From Macrostomum lignano (lineage: Eukaryota), in NCBI GenBank assembly GCA_002269645.1, contig NIVC01000239.1:62001-126000 (forward strand): DNA of 64,000 nucleotides. The letters run 5' to 3'. Position 1 is the stretch's first letter. The number at the start of each line of letters is the position of its first letter. A program made the position numbers and the translations under genes. This document shows positions 60,373-64,000 of this stretch, one piece after another. The notes under the pieces were generated by a model. That model worked only from the letters and a program-made list of their open reading frames with translations, was not told the origin of the DNA and searched no databases.

Positions 60373-61110
60373 ACTGATATGCTAATATTAAAACACTAAG
60401 ACAAGTGAAGTTTTATAGTATATAAAGTTTATTTTTACCAAAAATTCAGATTGGAACCATTCAGTGAGTCCGACTAGATGTAAACCGTTCGATACTTCAA
60501 TTTTTTTGAAATTTAAAAACACACTTTGGTTATAACACAATAAGTTGTTTGTTAGATTTAATGGTACTTAAATGCTGAAAAAATTGAACTACTTAATTTA
60601 AAAACTAATATTTTTTTAATCAACTTTTTAAAAAGACTCAAGTCTTTCTGTCGACATAGGGCCTTTTCATATTACCAATTCCAGAACCAGAATCGGTTCG
60701 GAATTCCAAGAAAAACAGCAGTATAACTATTAAACTCTGTTAATTTATTTGACTGCCTTAACAACCTAACTTAGCACAATTTTTCAATTTCTTCTTGGTG
60801 ATTGTCATTCAATAATAAAAACTTTATAGCACGTATCTCCCTCTAGTTATGGAGACAAAAAGTTATACTTCACAAATTGGTTCTGGTTCTGGAACCAGAG
60901 CAAGCAATATGAAAAGGCCCATAGATTTGCCGTCAAATTTTAATTCTTAAATGAGATGTGCAAATAATATCAGACTCATTGTTTCAGAAGCACTTGCTAG
61001 AAGTTAAAAAGTGTAAAGCACCTATTGCCAAGCTCTTTGGCTTTAAATCGTCTTCATTAAATATCAGTTATCGTGTTTATTATTGTAAAAAACAGTTTTT
61101 GTTTGACACA
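60373..61110. promoter_or_regulatory. Putative bidirectional promoter region for MRPL20 and PGD
   Basis: Divergent ATGs about 740 bp apart; CpGs retained here but depleted on both sides. Confidence 0.6.
60659..60920. mobile_element. PIF/Harbinger-like MITE, 262 bp
   Basis: Perfect 15-bp TIR GGGCCTTTTCATATT; subterminal inverted TTCCAGAACCAGAA; 3-bp flanking duplication ATA. Confidence 0.7.
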
Positions 61111-61334
61111 ATGGCATTGGAAAGGTAGGTAGTTTAACTTTTTAATTTATGAAAAAATGGTTACTTTTTATTTAATTTTGACTTTGCCTAAATGTTCCAA
61201 AGTTATTGAGAATATTAAATACAAGTAAAGAATTTCAAATCTAAAATCACTTTTTTAGTTGCGACATTGGCCTGATTGGACTTGCTGTCATGGGACAAAA
61301 TTTGATCCTAAATATGAATGATCATGGATTCAAG
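61111..61334 (+). CDS. PGD: 6-phosphogluconate dehydrogenase, decarboxylating; first two coding exons (gene continues beyond the window)
   Basis: Exons 61111-61124 and 61259-61334 give [30 protein letters not shown], the canonical 6PGD Rossmann start; GTAGGT and GTAAGT donors. Confidence 0.9.
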
Positions 61335-62977
61335 GTAAGTTTCAAAATTTGAAACTATTAAGTATAATTGTTTTATTTATTTAGGGCCTATATTTCTTTG
61401 CCTTTCAATTTGATTCATTTTATTTTATTTAAAATAATAATCAAATAAATCAAATGGAAAATAAATCAAATCTTTTCTAAAATAATAATCAAATTAAAAT
61501 AAAAATAATAAAATAATTTGACTAACTACTTATTTGTTCCTAGAAATAAAAGTAGCAATAGAGCATTTTTATATTTATATAGCCAACAAAATAAAAGTAA
61601 AAGGTACAGCCCATTTTGGCAAAGGAATTTTTAGCAAAAGATACTTCAGTAAAAGTGAATTTTTAGCTTGTATACATATACATTTTGGCAAAAGAAGGGG
61701 ACCAGTTTGGCAAAAAGATAGGCTGCTTTTATTTATAATTTCAAATTTATTACTTTGGTAACCATAGCTTTTAAAAAAATTATTCATTGACTGCCTTGCA
61801 TATATATACAGTTTGTAAATGTACTCAAAACTTGGCTAGTAGCTATGTTATTTATATGCAAAGTGCAATTGATAGATTAGCCCTAGGGATGATAGTATGG
61901 TTTCTTAGTTTTAGTTCCTAAATTATACTTTAAATTCTGCACTAATAGAATAACATCTAATAAAATAGTTTACTAATCAAATAATAAAATTGCTACAGAA
62001 TAAAAAGATATAGTGATAAAATATTCTTTTTATCATTAAGATATATTTAATGATTATTAAGGTATCATTGAAAGTTAGAAGTGTGCTTATATAAAGGGCT
62101 GGCTACTTTTCAAGCTCTTCAAATCCAAGTGCCAATGCAAGGAATTCCAGTTGGCATTGAAAGTTGATGGTTCAAAAAGCAACATACTTTCTGCAACTCA
62201 AAAATGGAGAGGATAGAACTAGAAACCTAGTCATCCCCAAAAAGGCAATCAATCATATGTGTAGTCTGTTAGATAGAGTGTGGAAAGAGAAAAACAGATA
62301 AAGAGCTGTTTGTTCTGAAGGGTATGGGTCAATGGCTGCAAGAAAAGTTCTTTCCTATTGTTCTTGCTAATATTCACACACATACAGCTTGGATCACAGT
62401 GAATGCTGTGCAAGGGTGATGGCCAAGTTGTTTGCCAGAATTCGCTTACATCACTGGTGTAATAGTCAGAGGGAGCTCAGCAGAGAAAGTGAGGGCACAT
62501 GAAAGGAATGAAAAGAACTGAAGAGAAGCTGATGCAAATTAGTGTTGTTTAACTGCCATTTGAAGTGGTTTTTACATTTGATCCTTAATAAGATCTGTTA
62601 TTAACTGCTTTTGCTACTTTTTGCTATAAATTATTCTTTGCTAGTTGATACTACTGGCCATAGCCTTCACAACAAAAGTAGTGCGCATGAATTTTAATTT
62701 GGCTTTGTGGAAAATGGTTGATTGAGCATTCTGTGTATATTCTATGGCTCCAATTGGTAAGTAATATGAGGACTGCAGTCTAGTGGGGATTATGAAATAG
62801 CTTATCAATCTACCGATTTCTTGTGGATTTGTGATGACAAACTGGAGGTCAGTCCTGAGGATGTACTTTTGCTGCATTCAGTACAATTGTAATCAGTTTT
62901 GGAGTTCAAGGCTAAAGTTTACCCAAACCTGTCAAACAGATTTCTGGCATTCATTGGCTGTCACACTGTTATGCATA

Positions 62978-63180
62978 AAGGTCCGAAAAAAGGTCCACTG
63001 AGGGTCCGAATGAGGAGGTCCGCACCGTACACATATAGGGACCTTCAGGTCCGAAAGTAGAGGACCATATAAAGGTCCGCTAAAGGTCCGTATGAGAAGG
63101 TCCGCACCGTACATATATAGGGACCGTGAAGGTCCAAATGTACGGAAGGTCCGAAAGTATAGGTCCACAATAGGCATGGA
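62978..63180. repeat. Irregular AAGGTCCG motif cluster
   Basis: More than 10 copies of (A/G)GGTCC(G) with short spacers and a duplicated AGGTCCGCACCGTACA.ATATAGGGACC block. Confidence 0.7.
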
Positions 63181-64000
63181 TGTCGCATTTTTCTGCCTGA
63201 GCGTGGCCCTATATAGCTGACATGCCTCAGTGGAAAATACCCGTTTAAAAAAAACCATGCAAGATCCTGATTCCAGTGAAGCTATAAGATGTTCATTAAA
63301 CTGATGTGCATTGCATAGAACGATAGTTTCCATAAAGATGGATAAAAATAAAAATGTATTTTTTATCAAGCATTATTACCATGCATGTTTAGATTGGAGC
63401 TTTACTGAATCAAATATTAATGACAAAGCCGATTATGTAATACATGAATAACGGAAAAAAGAAATTACATGGCAAACTTGGTAGTAAATAAAGCAAAAGG
63501 GTTGAACAGCAATTTTTTTTCATTGATGAGCAACGCATGACTAATGGTACATTTCGATCAAACTGGAAAGAAATAAAGAGGAAATTGCTAGTTTCTTAAA
63601 CGCAAAAGAGCAAACATTGAAAAATAATAAGTCAATGAAGCACAACAAGGGTTGAAAAAACGAATTTGAAAATACACAAATTTTGAGACAACTACGGGGT
63701 GTCTGCGTAATTTTTAAACTGAAATTCCAGGTTTTACAATACCCGGTTTAATAATCCATATTGGCAGAAAATACTTACTCGTGGCATTATGTATACCTGG
63801 GGCAATATTTAACACAATATTGTAATGTACACAACCGACTTACATTGCAAAAAAATGTAAAACTCGAAGTAAAAAATAAAAAATGCGTCTTACAATAACT
63901 ATTACAAATGTCCCCTCTTCTGAAAAATAGCAGTATTAAGAACATAACATAAAAAACGAACTTACTTTATGTTGACCTATGTTAAACATCGCACAAGAAT

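Noticed and set aside
62100-62880. Possible decayed TE coding sequence and possible further PGD exons
   Set aside because: No recognisable motif; the expected next PGD peptide (V.A(Y/F)NRT) was not found in the window

Overview
Eukaryotic (animal) genomic DNA with spliced genes and many minisatellites. The style (GC-rich polyQ exons, a different 15-67 bp tandem array in most introns) suggests a free-living flatworm such as Macrostomum; this is inference only. Five genes were reconstructed by hand from GT-AG junctions with consistent phases: (1) FNDC3/miles-to-go-like, + strand, 11 exons, <26..24731, nine FN3 domains and a C-terminal TM anchor; (2) a two-exon rhodopsin-class peptide GPCR, - strand, 41693..31877; (3) DAXX, - strand, 3 exons, 54975..49984, with an apparent 1-nt frameshift in a G run; (4) mitochondrial ribosomal protein L20, - strand, 3 exons, 60372..56031; (5) the first two exons of 6-phosphogluconate dehydrogenase, + strand, from 61111, head-to-head with mRpL20. 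Mobile DNA includes a Gypsy RNaseH-integrase fragment flanked by a 44-bp direct repeat, a tRNA-derived CORE-like SINE, two hAT-type MITEs with 8-bp TSDs (one nested in a small hairpin repeat whose empty sites occur elsewhere in the window), a Harbinger-like MITE in the divergent promoter and other TIR elements. More than 20 tandem arrays explain almost all of the long ORFs in the track, which are spurious. The most notable signals are a sharp CpG-depleted AT-rich domain flanking a CpG-retaining bidirectional promoter, a possible mRpL20-DAXX operon with trans-splicing, and nuclear-receptor/AP-1-like motifs in minisatellite units. No CRISPR array, rRNA or intact tRNA gene was found.
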